Assembly: GCA_964576615.1 (NCBI GenBank)
Contig: CAZNUU010000001.1
Coordinates: forward strand, 31,309-95,308
Length of the DNA: 64,000 nt
Reading direction: 5' to 3'
From: an uncultured Candidatus Saccharibacteria bacterium
GTDB lineage: Bacteria > Patescibacteriota > Minisyncoccia > Phycocordibacterales > DATDWN01
Shown here: in pieces, positions 28,468 to 37,953 of the stretch
Layout: each line of letters opens with the position of its first letter
Numbering within the stretch: the first letter of the stretch is position 1
The notes under the pieces: generated by a model
What the model was told of the DNA's origin: nothing
Databases searched by the model: none
What the model saw: the letters and a program-made list of their open reading frames with translations, nothing else
Position numbers and translations under genes: made by a program

Positions 28468-29609
28468 TGAGAATACTATTTACTGGTGGCGGAACAGGAG
28501 GACACTTTTATCCTATCATCGCTATTGCAGAAGAGATAAACGAAATAAGCAAGAACAACCGTCTGCTGCAGCCGGAGCTTTTTTATATGTCTACCAGCAT
28601 GTACGATGAGAATTTGTTATTCGAAAATAATATTTCCTTCGAGAAAATAAGCGCTGGCAAAATTAGACTCCAAAGAAGCGCATCAAATATTGTTTTAAAC
28701 TTAATGGGCGTACTCTCGACTTTTTTAGGAGTGATGACTGCCATCTGGAGACTTTTTGTCATTTACCCTGATGTGGTTTTTGGTAAAGGAGCTTACGTTA
28801 GCTTCCCAGCTCTTTTTGCTGCACGGCTACTTAGAATCCCAGTTGTAATTCACGAGTCAGATACCATACCCGGAAAAGTAAACAAGTGGGCCGGAAAGTT
28901 TGCTAAAAGAATTGCTATTTCCTATCCGGAAAGCATTGAATACTTTGATAAGCATAAAACCGCTTACACCGGTTGTCCAATTAGAAAGGAAGTTCAAGAG
29001 GCACTGAGCACAGGTTCACACGAGTATTTTGAATTCAGACCAGAGATAAAGACAATCTTTGTAATAGGCGGCTCGCAAGGTTCTAGGTTTATTAATGAAG
29101 TTATACTAAACACTTTGCCAGAATTAATAAAGAAATACCAAGTCGTACATCAGGTTGGGGAGAGCAATATCGATGTGGTTGAAAAAACTAGAAATGTTGT
29201 TATCCCCGACACCGACCCAAATAAAAATCGTTACAAACCCTACCCTTACTTAAATATCGTGAATTTAAGACGGGCCGCGGGAGTTTCTGACCTCATAATA
29301 TCCAGGGGCGGGTCAACAATTTTTGAGATCGCACTTTGGGGCAGACCTTCAATAATTGTGCCGATTCCAGAAGAGACATCACATGATCAGAGAAGCAATG
29401 CCTATGAATACGCCAGAACAGGTGCAGCGATTGTAATTGAAGAGAGAAATCTCGCTCCGGGTGTTCTTCTTTCTGAAATAGACAGGATTCTTTCGAATGA
29501 AAGTGAGAAAGAAAGAATGAAACAGGCAGCACTCGCTTTTGGTAAGAAAGATGCTGCGAAGTTAATTGCAGAGGAAATTATTGCTATTGCTCTGGAGCAT
29601 GAAAAATAA
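28467..29609 (+). CDS. murG: UDP-GlcNAc:lipid I N-acetylglucosaminyltransferase
   Basis: MRILFTGGGTGGHFYPIIAIAEEI G-loop. C-terminal GT28 domain (ISRGGSTIFEIALWGRPSIIVP). Confidence 0.8.
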   Translation: MRILFTGGGTGGHFYPIIAIAEEINEISKNNRLLQPELFYMSTSMYDENLLFENNISFEKISAGKIRLQRSASNIVLNLMGVLSTFLGVMTAIWRLFVIYPDVVFGKGAYVSFPALFAARLLRIPVVIHESDTIPGKVNKWAGKFAKRIAISYPESIEYFDKHKTAYTGCPIRKEVQEALSTGSHEYFEFRPEIKTIFVIGGSQGSRFINEVILNTLPELIKKYQVVHQVGESNIDVVEKTRNVVIPDTDPNKNRYKPYPYLNIVNLRRAAGVSDLIISRGGSTIFEIALWGRPSIIVPIPEETSHDQRSNAYEYARTGAAIVIEERNLAPGVLLSEIDRILSNESEKERMKQAALAFGKKDAAKLIAEEIIAIALEHEK

Positions 29610-29614
29610 ATTGG

Positions 29615-30958
29615 ATGAATAAAATAGTCACAAGATTTGCACCATCGCCCACAGGCCAGTTTCATTTAGGAGGAGTTAGAACAGCCCTTTATAATTATCT
29701 CTTTGCCAGGCAAAATGCAGGAACTTACATACTGCGAAGTGAGGATACGGATAAAGCTAGATCAAAGAAAGAGTATGAAGATTCGTTTCTGGAGCTCTTT
29801 AAGTGGCTCTCATTAGAGCATGATGCTTTTTATCGACAATCAGAGCGTGGTGAAATGTACAAAAAATATATTGAAAAATTAATTGCGGATGGTTTTGCCT
29901 ACATTTCACACGAAGAACCAGCAGAAGAGGGGCAGAGATCTGAAGTGATTCGTTTTAAGAACCCAAATAAAACTATTACTTTTAGTGACATCATCTTGGG
30001 CGACATAGCGGTTGACACAACTGACCTCAAGGATTTTGTTATTGCGCGATCTATTGAGGAGCCACTCTACCATCTTACTGTCGTGGTGGATGATCATGAA
30101 ATGGGCGTAACTCACATTATTCGCGGCCAGGAACATATTTCAAATACTCCAAGACAGATTCTTATTCAAGAGGCTATAGGAGCAAAACGACCTTTATATG
30201 CTCATTTACCGCTTATTTTGGGCAAGGATAAAAGCAAGCTCTCAAAACGAGATCCTCAGGTCATTCCGGCTATAGAATATAGAGATTTGGGTTATTTACC
30301 TGAATCTATACTAAATTTCATGGCTTTAATAGGTTGGAATCCGGGCGGCGAAGATGAGATTTTTTCACTTCCAGATCTAGTTTCTAGGTTCGATCTCACA
30401 AAAGTCCAAAAGGGTGGGGGAGTATTCAATCCGGAAAAACTGAATTGGCTAAATAAAGAGCACATGAAGCTTTTGCCTAAAAGTAAGGTAAGGGAAGAGA
30501 TTTCGGAGCGTCTAAGTAAAAGCAAATTCTCTGATAGTCCAAGACTGCAGGATGAAAATTTTATGCAAAAAATCTCTGAAATTATTTTTGATCGAATTTC
30601 AAGTTGGGGCGAGATTGACGAAATAATCGGGGCAGGGGAGTTTGATTATCTTTTTGAGGAACCTAATTATGAACCAGGACTTCTCTTCCCAAAAGATGAA
30701 AAAGACAAAACTGAATTAAATAAGCATCTAAGTTGGATTTTGGATAAATTAGCCCACTCAGAGTTTAATTCTGCAGACGATATTAAAAATATCGTGTTCG
30801 ACTATGCCACTGCAAATGGTAGAGGTAAGGTTTTGTGGCCCCTTCGAGTTGCCCTTTCTGGCAGAGAAAAAAGTATTGACCCTTTTACTCTTATTTATCT
30901 TTTGGGCAAAGATGATAGTCTGAAGAGAATAAATAATGCAATTGCAAAATTATCATAA
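29615..30958 (+). CDS. gltX: Glutamyl-tRNA synthetase
   Basis: RFAPSPTGQFHLGGVRTALYNYLFAR (HIGH-type) and KLSKR (KMSKS-type) motifs. 447 aa. Confidence 0.85.
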   Translation: MNKIVTRFAPSPTGQFHLGGVRTALYNYLFARQNAGTYILRSEDTDKARSKKEYEDSFLELFKWLSLEHDAFYRQSERGEMYKKYIEKLIADGFAYISHEEPAEEGQRSEVIRFKNPNKTITFSDIILGDIAVDTTDLKDFVIARSIEEPLYHLTVVVDDHEMGVTHIIRGQEHISNTPRQILIQEAIGAKRPLYAHLPLILGKDKSKLSKRDPQVIPAIEYRDLGYLPESILNFMALIGWNPGGEDEIFSLPDLVSRFDLTKVQKGGGVFNPEKLNWLNKEHMKLLPKSKVREEISERLSKSKFSDSPRLQDENFMQKISEIIFDRISSWGEIDEIIGAGEFDYLFEEPNYEPGLLFPKDEKDKTELNKHLSWILDKLAHSEFNSADDIKNIVFDYATANGRGKVLWPLRVALSGREKSIDPFTLIYLLGKDDSLKRINNAIAKLS

Positions 30959-32189
30959 TGGAATTAAAAGATTTAGTTTTGTAGTATTGTCAGTCCTAAT
31001 AGTTGGCAATACTGCTTTTGCGCAAGAAGCCACCACTAGCGATACTTTAAAGGCCAAAATCGAGGAGAGAAACAACCAGATAAAACAGCTAGAGCAAGAA
31101 ATAAATCAATATAACGGCGAAATCCTCAATACTCAAGGGCAGGCAAGGACCCTCCAAAACACAATTAAAACTCTTGATTTAACTCGAAAGAAGATTAGTA
31201 CTGACATAAATTTAACTCAGGCCAAAATAACCAAGGCGTCTTTGAGTATCGATGATATTGATGAGAGGATTAGTGACAATAAAGCTGCGATAACTGCAGC
31301 GATCAGAAATACCAGCTTTCAAGAAGACCAGGGGCTGGTGATGACCATTCTCTCTAAAAAAAATATTGGTGAGGTTTGGGGTGATATTGATAATATAAAG
31401 CAAGTCCGTGATCTCATTCGAGTTAGAACAGGGGAACTTTCTATCCTAGAAGATAATCTTAAAATTCAGAAAAAAGAATTACAGGGGCTAAAGCAGGACC
31501 TCACAGGTAAAAAGCTGGTGGTTGAAGTCAATAAAAAAGAAAAATCTGACCTTTTAACTGAAACAAAGAATAAAGAGCAGACTTTTAAGGATCTAGTTAA
31601 GACGAAAGAACAGCTGAAGGCACAATTTGAGGCAGAAGTTTATGATTATGAGTCACAGTTAAATTATCTTATCGACCCAAAGAGTTTTCCGGGCCCTCAA
31701 CATGGTATATTATCCTGGCCGCTGGACACAGTTTTTGTTACCCAGAAATTTGGTAAAACAGTCGGTGCCGAGAGACTTTATACTTCAGGAACACATAATG
31801 GAGTGGATTTTCGAGCTACAGTTGGTACTCCAGTCAAAAACGTATTAGACGGTACTGTCTCTGGGACAGGCAATACTGATGCTTATCCGGGTTGCTACTC
31901 TTTTGGTAAATGGGTTTTGGTTCGTCATGATAATGGTTTATCTACTATATATGGTCACTTATCTGTTATAAGTGTGAGCCAAGGCCAAAGATTAAGCACT
32001 GGAGAGATAGTTGGCTACAGTGGTAACACCGGATATTCGACTGGCCCTCATCTTCACATCACAGTTTATGCCACACAAGGTGTTCGAGTAGAGAAATATG
32101 TAAATAGTCGCGGCTGTAAAGAGGCAATAATTCCACTTGCAGACCTAAGGGCTTATCTTGATCCTCTGGCATATTTTCCAAGTTTGTAA
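30936..32189 (+). CDS. M23-family peptidase (LytM domain) with N-terminal coiled coil (EnvC-like)
   Basis: Signal/TM segment and long coiled coil. M23 motifs HNGVDFRATVGTPV and GNTGYSTGPHLHITVY. Confidence 0.75.
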   Translation: MQLQNYHNGIKRFSFVVLSVLIVGNTAFAQEATTSDTLKAKIEERNNQIKQLEQEINQYNGEILNTQGQARTLQNTIKTLDLTRKKISTDINLTQAKITKASLSIDDIDERISDNKAAITAAIRNTSFQEDQGLVMTILSKKNIGEVWGDIDNIKQVRDLIRVRTGELSILEDNLKIQKKELQGLKQDLTGKKLVVEVNKKEKSDLLTETKNKEQTFKDLVKTKEQLKAQFEAEVYDYESQLNYLIDPKSFPGPQHGILSWPLDTVFVTQKFGKTVGAERLYTSGTHNGVDFRATVGTPVKNVLDGTVSGTGNTDAYPGCYSFGKWVLVRHDNGLSTIYGHLSVISVSQGQRLSTGEIVGYSGNTGYSTGPHLHITVYATQGVRVEKYVNSRGCKEAIIPLADLRAYLDPLAYFPSL

Positions 32190-32201
32190 GATAATTTAAA
32201 T

Positions 32202-32399
32202 ATGAAAAGAAATGAAGGCTTTATCCTAAAGATAGTCCTGATTATTGTTGCCCTAGTTTTGCTTAAATATTTCCTCCACTTTGATGTCATTGAATACCTA
32301 AAGACTCCTCAAGCTCAAAAAGTCATCGGTCCTATCTGGACAGCAATAAAAGCTTTTTATAATTGGTTAGATACTTTGGTTCGAGGCTGGGTCACCTAA
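32202..32399 (+). CDS. Small membrane protein (65 aa)
   Basis: Single TM helix. AT-rich. Confidence 0.35.
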   Translation: MKRNEGFILKIVLIIVALVLLKYFLHFDVIEYLKTPQAQKVIGPIWTAIKAFYNWLDTLVRGWVT

Positions 32400-32865
32400 T
32401 TTACCTATCAAGGTTTATGGGGCAGGGGGACTTCCCTATTGGGGAATAGTTTTTTTGAGATAGATTTGACCTTGAGTTGGGAGTAGATTGTGCGATATTT
32501 TTATGTTGCACAATCTACGATATCTTTTGCTACGTAGCACCCACGCATTAGTTATGGGCGAGTAGTTGTTTTACAAATTTCATATAAATGAGTTAATAAG
32601 CTTCCTTATCCTAGGTGCTATGGGCAAAAGATATATTGTGCGACACAGCCCTAAGCTATCCCCTAAGCATCTAGAGTATATAGGTCAGGCTTTATTTAAA
32701 AATAAATATGCATTAAAATTATATGACCCGAAGTAAGGAGACTGGCCAACCATACTTCCTCCCTAACAAGAGTTTACGGGATGGCCAACCGCAGGTTTCA
32801 GATAATTGGTGTGCGCACCCAATGATTCTGATGCAATCCCTGCGGTTTTGATTATTTAGTTCCAT

Positions 32866-33663
32866 TTATACAAGACTCCAAATCTCTTCACTAAGTCTTT
32901 TTGCTTCGATTTTTGGGTCAGCAGCAAATATTATTCCTCTTGATGAGTTAATAATTAGCCCAAGACCGTCTCTATCTTTACCTGAACTCATCACGTCTTT
33001 TACTGAACCACCTTGAGCCCCGACTCCAGGCACTAAAAAAGTCAGATTTGGACAAATTTCTCTGATTTTTTTCATTTCGTTAGGATAGGTAGCCCCGACT
33101 ACAAGCATACAATTTCCATTTTTATTCCACTTGTCATTGACTTCTGTTGCTACTTTTTGCCACAGAGGCACGCCGTCAGAAATTAAATCCTGAAAATCTT
33201 TAGATCCTGGGTTTGATGTTCGGCATAGAACGACTGAAACCTTGTCACTTCTGTCTAAGAAGGGCTGAATTGCTTCTTGACCTAGGTAAGGGTGTAAAGT
33301 AACTGCATCAAAGCCCAGCCAATCAAAAATAGACTTAACATACCCATTATTCGTGTTACCAATATCGCCTCTTTTGGCGTCCAGAATTGTAAAGATCTCT
33401 GGGTGGTTGCTAGAGAGATATTCCATTGTCATCTTTAACTCGGAAATACCGCCATCACCTCTTGCTTCGTAAAAAGCAGAATTTGGCTTATAAGCAGCGG
33501 CATAGTCGTTTGTTTCTTCAATTATCCATTTGTTGAACTCGAATTGAGGGTGTTTTAGCTTTTTGAACTTCTCAGGGATCTTGTCGTAGTCAGAGTCAAG
33601 CCCCACACATAATAGTGAGTTAATTTTCAACGCCCGTTTATTGTACTTATCGTTTGTATTCAT
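32866..33663 (-). CDS. pyrF: Orotidine 5'-phosphate decarboxylase
   Basis: LCVGLDSD and ILDAKRGDIGNT motifs. Start taken at the internal Met at 33663, giving 1-nt spacing to pyrE. Confidence 0.75.
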   Translation of the reverse strand: MNTNDKYNKRALKINSLLCVGLDSDYDKIPEKFKKLKHPQFEFNKWIIEETNDYAAAYKPNSAFYEARGDGGISELKMTMEYLSSNHPEIFTILDAKRGDIGNTNNGYVKSIFDWLGFDAVTLHPYLGQEAIQPFLDRSDKVSVVLCRTSNPGSKDFQDLISDGVPLWQKVATEVNDKWNKNGNCMLVVGATYPNEMKKIREICPNLTFLVPGVGAQGGSVKDVMSSGKDRDGLGLIINSSRGIIFAADPKIEAKRLSEEIWSLV

Positions 33664-34301
33664 TTTTCCTTCCTTTTGGTCCATAGCCACGGATTTGTAT
33701 ACCACTCCCTGACACTTGCTGCTTCTATTTCCGTGCATTTCCCCATTTTTATTGCTGTTTTTAAAAGTACTGAAAATGGAGTTAGTGCATGTAGTTTTAT
33801 TCGCTGCTTTTTGAAAGCCCTAATGGATTCTGGGAAACCATAGCTTACAATTACCAGGCAATCAATGACTTTTGCACCTGATTCTCGCAATGCCCTAACC
33901 CCAGAAAGACTACTGCCACCCATTGTTACCAGATCTTCAATCAATAAGACTTTTTTCGTCCTAACATCTCCACCTTCTACTAGTTTCTTTGTTCCATGAT
34001 CCTTCTGTTGTTTTCTAACAAAAACAGACGGCTTGTTTAATAAATAACCTAAAGCCGCACTATGAGGTATTCCCGCAGATTCAATTCCAGCAATAAAATC
34101 AAATTCAATTTCCTTTGATTTTATTGTATCTTTCATTGCATTTAAAATTACTTTCCATTTATCTGGATATGAAGGTAGCTTTCTATTATCAACATAAACT
34201 GGTGAGAGAATACCAGACTTGAACCTAATTGGCTCGCCTTTGACGAATCCTACAGCATTTATCTCAAGTAGTGCCTTGGCTACTTTTTCTTCGGTTTTCA
34301 T
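33660..34301 (-). CDS. pyrE: Orotate phosphoribosyltransferase
   Basis: PRPP-binding motif VLLIEDLVTMGGS. Start taken at the internal Met at 34301. Confidence 0.75.
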   Translation of the reverse strand: MKTEEKVAKALLEINAVGFVKGEPIRFKSGILSPVYVDNRKLPSYPDKWKVILNAMKDTIKSKEIEFDFIAGIESAGIPHSAALGYLLNKPSVFVRKQQKDHGTKKLVEGGDVRTKKVLLIEDLVTMGGSSLSGVRALRESGAKVIDCLVIVSYGFPESIRAFKKQRIKLHALTPFSVLLKTAIKMGKCTEIEAASVREWYTNPWLWTKRKEK

Positions 34302-35368
34302 ATTCCCTCTTTTATTTCTTGCGCTAATAAAGGATTCCACATTGCACCTGTGGCAGACATAACTGAATCAGCACCAGCCTCTTTATAAGCTAGATAGTCC
34401 TGCAGGTCTAAAACACCACCAACCCCCTCAATCGAAAATGAGTATTTATTTTTATCCTTGATCTCTTTTAGTCTTTTAACAAAATCTAAACCAGCCCACT
34501 TTATGCCCGTACCACAGACACCCGAGCGTAGACGCGCCGGTGAACCAGGTAGGGCCTGATTACCCTTCTTATCTCTTATTTCCCCCTGCAAGGTGTTTAT
34601 GCCGGAAATATTTACGTTATACTTATGTGCAATCTCAGCGAGATTTTCCATGTCCGCGTCGTTCTGGTAGTATCCAACTTTTAAAACCAGGGGTGTATTA
34701 CCAATTACACCCTTTATCCCCTTAACCACTTTTTCAGTTACATCTAAGTTATAACAAACTAGACCTTCATTCCCTATATTTGGACAGGAAAGATTAGTTT
34801 CCAAAACTTTCGCTCCAGTCTCATAAGCTAGTTTAGCGGCTAAAACATAATCAGCAATAAATTCATCCTGAGTCTGGTTTGGCCTCACTGTCCCCATAAA
34901 ACTTAAGACCAAGACTTGTCCTTCTCCAGCATAAGAAATCGCTTTTCTCGCATCTTCCTGCCAGGTTGCAGCTTCCTTGGACGGGACACCAAAAGAATTG
35001 GTGATTGATAGTGGATCAGAATAATTTTTATCAGCAATGAGAGGACTTCTTAACTTTTCTAGTGTTAGATCACCATCAGGGTGAATAGCTAGAACGTTAG
35101 GAAAGGGGTGGCATGGAAATGTCCCACCCCGAACAGTTTTATAGACACAAATATCAAATCCCTTTTCAAAAGCTGCTTTGCAAAACTTACTATTGAGTAG
35201 TGGTCCCGCTGGAATTCCAAACGGTAAATACACTTTTTGTCCTAGAAATTCATTTGTCGGGTCTTCCTTCGGGGTGTATCTGTTATTGTCTGCAAATGCT
35301 CCGTATGGGCCGGCATCATAGTTTTCTTCGTATGTTTTTTCGGGATCGTAAAATGGAGTTTTTATCAT
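34298..35368 (-). CDS. pyrD: Dihydroorotate dehydrogenase family protein
   Basis: NLSCPN motif. FMN-binding C-terminal GVGGV...GADSVMSATG. Flanked by pyrC and pyrE. Confidence 0.7.
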   Translation of the reverse strand: MIKTPFYDPEKTYEENYDAGPYGAFADNNRYTPKEDPTNEFLGQKVYLPFGIPAGPLLNSKFCKAAFEKGFDICVYKTVRGGTFPCHPFPNVLAIHPDGDLTLEKLRSPLIADKNYSDPLSITNSFGVPSKEAATWQEDARKAISYAGEGQVLVLSFMGTVRPNQTQDEFIADYVLAAKLAYETGAKVLETNLSCPNIGNEGLVCYNLDVTEKVVKGIKGVIGNTPLVLKVGYYQNDADMENLAEIAHKYNVNISGINTLQGEIRDKKGNQALPGSPARLRSGVCGTGIKWAGLDFVKRLKEIKDKNKYSFSIEGVGGVLDLQDYLAYKEAGADSVMSATGAMWNPLLAQEIKEGI

Positions 35369-36411
35369 AATGAGGCTACTATCTTACCGTTATCTACAAC
35401 TCTCTTACCTCTTATTACTACAGTCATAATTTTAGCAGGAAGTTTTATTCCGTGGAAAGGCGACCATCCGCACTTACTCTGGTAACCATCATCCCCCACC
35501 ACCCATTCCTTTTCTGTATCAAGTTCAATGTATGTATCTTTCTGTTCTGGAATACTAAAAATTTCTTTCGGTTTTTCGTATAAAAATTTCAAAATATCTT
35601 CAGCACTTATTTTTTTATCAGCTACTGCCTTGTACATAAGGCCCAGAGCAGTCTCCAGGCCGGGCACACCAAATGCAGGTGGATCCTTCTCCTTTTCTTC
35701 CTTTGTGTGAGGCGCGTGATCTGTCTCTACAATATCAATTGTTCTGTCTCGCAGACCCTGCCAAAGAGCATCCTGATCTTCCTGTGTCCCTAAAGGAGGT
35801 TTCATACAGGCATATCCTTTCATCGTTTCCCTATCCTTACCTGTCATATACAAATGATGAGGGCAAACACCCGCAGTAATCATTTGGCCTTTTGCCTTGG
35901 CGGCTCTTACCATTTCTACCTCGCTTTTTTGAGAAATGTGGCAAACATGTAATCTCCTTTTGTACTTTTCAGCCATGGAGATCGCCATTTTTAGCTGTTC
36001 TCCTTCAGCATGCACCAGGATTGGTTTGTGATGATTCCAAGCTAAAAAAACTTTATTTAAAAGTATTGGATCTTCAATAAGCATTTCTCCTGTAGTATGA
36101 TTGCAATAAAGTTTCAACCCAAAAACCAAAGGGTTATCCCAAACTTCCGAGAAAGTCTCAGTATTCTCTCCGTTTGTGCCGTAGTGAAATCCTATATCAC
36201 AAATAGCCTTTTCCTTTGCAAGTAAGATTTTCTCCTGCAATCTCTCAGGTGAAATAGTAGGCTTTGGATTATTTGGCATATCAATGATGAAGGTGAATCC
36301 TCCTATAACCGCAGCACGGGATCCAGTATAAAAGTCCTCTTTGTGAGTTGCCCCCGGGTCTCTCAAATGGACATGAGCATCAATTAATCCAGGTAGTTTG
36401 ATTTTTGCCAT
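35365..36411 (-). CDS. pyrC: Dihydroorotase (amidohydrolase superfamily)
   Basis: N-terminal metal-binding motif LIDAHVHLRDPG and downstream His/Asp ligands (VCHIS, ETDHAPH). Confidence 0.75.
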   Translation of the reverse strand: MAKIKLPGLIDAHVHLRDPGATHKEDFYTGSRAAVIGGFTFIIDMPNNPKPTISPERLQEKILLAKEKAICDIGFHYGTNGENTETFSEVWDNPLVFGLKLYCNHTTGEMLIEDPILLNKVFLAWNHHKPILVHAEGEQLKMAISMAEKYKRRLHVCHISQKSEVEMVRAAKAKGQMITAGVCPHHLYMTGKDRETMKGYACMKPPLGTQEDQDALWQGLRDRTIDIVETDHAPHTKEEKEKDPPAFGVPGLETALGLMYKAVADKKISAEDILKFLYEKPKEIFSIPEQKDTYIELDTEKEWVVGDDGYQSKCGWSPFHGIKLPAKIMTVVIRGKRVVDNGKIVASL

Positions 36412-36472
36412 TAATTCATAATAGCAAATTGACTTAAGTTTAAAAAAGGGTTAGTTTAATTTTGGAGGCTTT

Positions 36473-36646
36473 ATGGATCCTGATGCCCCAATTGTTCGGG
36501 AAATGAAAGTCGTGATTCCGAAAGAGTTAGCCGATAGGCTTCGGCCTCTCGCGCAACACCGCAATCAAAGTGTCGAGGACTACGTTCTCTCTATTGCGAC
36601 CGAAAAGGCCGACGAGGATGACCGTCGCAGGCGAAATGACACCTAA
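36473..36646 (+). CDS. Ribbon-helix-helix (CopG/Arc-like) DNA-binding protein, 57 aa. GC-rich cassette, orphan.
   Basis: Not in the track because it is under 60 aa. GGAGG 4-5 nt upstream of the ATG. Sequence MDPDAPIVREMKVVIPKELADRLRPLAQHRNQSVEDYVLSIATEKADEDDRRRRNDT has the RHH beta-strand/helix pattern. Terminator hairpins at 36650-36700. Confidence 0.5.
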   Translation: MDPDAPIVREMKVVIPKELADRLRPLAQHRNQSVEDYVLSIATEKADEDDRRRRNDT

Positions 36647-36716
36647 CCAAGTGGCCCGGATATCGGGCCACTTCTATTTAAACAACAAAACCCCTTTCGG
36701 GGTCTTGTTGCAAGTC

Positions 36717-37184
36717 TTATTTGTTTATAGCTAGATCCTTGTTCTCACCTGTGGCAACATATTTGCCCCAGCAAGCTCTTGAAGAATTCCAGGGATCAGT
36801 TCCCTGTCTCTCGTACAAATCCCTTGCGTAGGCTGTGTTTCCTTCCAAAGTGTAGATGTTAAGGTTCTCTCTCTTCGCAGTATTAAGGTGGTAAAGTTCG
36901 TTAATTTGCATTACTCCCACATCGGCATTGTTGACTACACCTCGATGGATTTCTCCATCCGAGTCCAACTGTCTGAAATGAGATTCACATTTAGCGATCT
37001 CAATCATAATTGGAACATCTTTGAAGTATTGTCGAACAAACTGTTCGGTCGACATAATGTTGTCGATCTCATCTGCGGTAATTTTCTTAACGACAGATGA
37101 TTCAGTAATACTTGCCTCTGTGCTTGGAAGAGTAGCTGGAACTTTTGGACCTGTAATCCCCGTCATGGTCGATACAACCATCAA
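36717..37184 (-). CDS. Lysozyme-like / lytic transglycosylase (SLT-like) domain protein
   Basis: AKCESHFRQ...DVGVMQINELYH resembles the GH23/SLT catalytic Glu-Ser and GxMQ(I/V) motifs. Secreted or TM N-terminus. Confidence 0.45.
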   Translation of the reverse strand: MMVVSTMTGITGPKVPATLPSTEASITESSVVKKITADEIDNIMSTEQFVRQYFKDVPIMIEIAKCESHFRQLDSDGEIHRGVVNNADVGVMQINELYHLNTAKRENLNIYTLEGNTAYARDLYERQGTDPWNSSRACWGKYVATGENKDLAINK

Positions 37185-37419
37185 CAGACTAATTGCAGTG
37201 AAATAAATACAAGATTTTTAATTTATAATTCTGAAGGCTTACCAGAAACGGAAAAACTCAGATCTACTGAGTCCCCTATATCATATCATCTTAAGCCAGT
37301 ATTGTCAATGGTTAAACCATAAAAATCACTTTTGTAAAGACCTAAAAAATGGCCCAGTAAAGCCAAAATAAGTAATTTATTAATAAACCAGATTAACCCA
37401 ATTTTGACAAGATTTTAAC

Positions 37420-37905
37420 CTAAAGGAAGCCTAGAATTATGAGTGGGGCTAGTGACCAGTAGAAAATCCGGTCGGTCCCCGCAAAAAGAGCATCAATTTG
37501 GGGACCAAAATTATGGAGTGTATCGTAGCTTGCTACAGCATATGAAAATAGAACGATTAAGATAAGAAATGCTAATGAAAATCCGGCGACTCGCAGGATT
37601 CCAACACTGCTCGAATATTCGGAGTCGGCCACATAACGATCAATGATGATACAAATTGGTACAAATAAAATTAAGAAAATTATAAGCTTGTTCAGGATCT
37701 CAAATTGGGGATCACTGAAGATCACTAGCTTTTGAGTAAATGGAAAAAAATTATACAGAATTGTAGCAGGATAGAAGGACAGAATTACAGAAACAGCAGT
37801 CTTTTTACCAAAAAACATGATAAAACCGACAAAAAATATTAACGCAACGAGAAAAAATATTATGTCACTAGATAAATAACCAATGATCGCTGTTGTGCTT
37901 GCCAT
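37420..37905 (-). CDS. Hydrophobic membrane protein
   Basis: 161 aa with 5 predicted TM helices. Confidence 0.45.
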   Translation of the reverse strand: MASTTAIIGYLSSDIIFFLVALIFFVGFIMFFGKKTAVSVILSFYPATILYNFFPFTQKLVIFSDPQFEILNKLIIFLILFVPICIIIDRYVADSEYSSSVGILRVAGFSLAFLILIVLFSYAVASYDTLHNFGPQIDALFAGTDRIFYWSLAPLIILGFL

Positions 37906-37953
37906 TTATCGATTATTATAAGACAAACTGAAGATCAAGTGAAGATCTAGAGA

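Noticed and set aside
32400-32865. RNase P RNA / tmRNA assignment for the long gap
   Set aside because: The GGAAAGTCC-like element is on the wrong strand end, and no tmRNA T-arm/ACCA or P4 pseudoknot partners were found by eye. Kept only as an unassigned ncRNA candidate in the findings.
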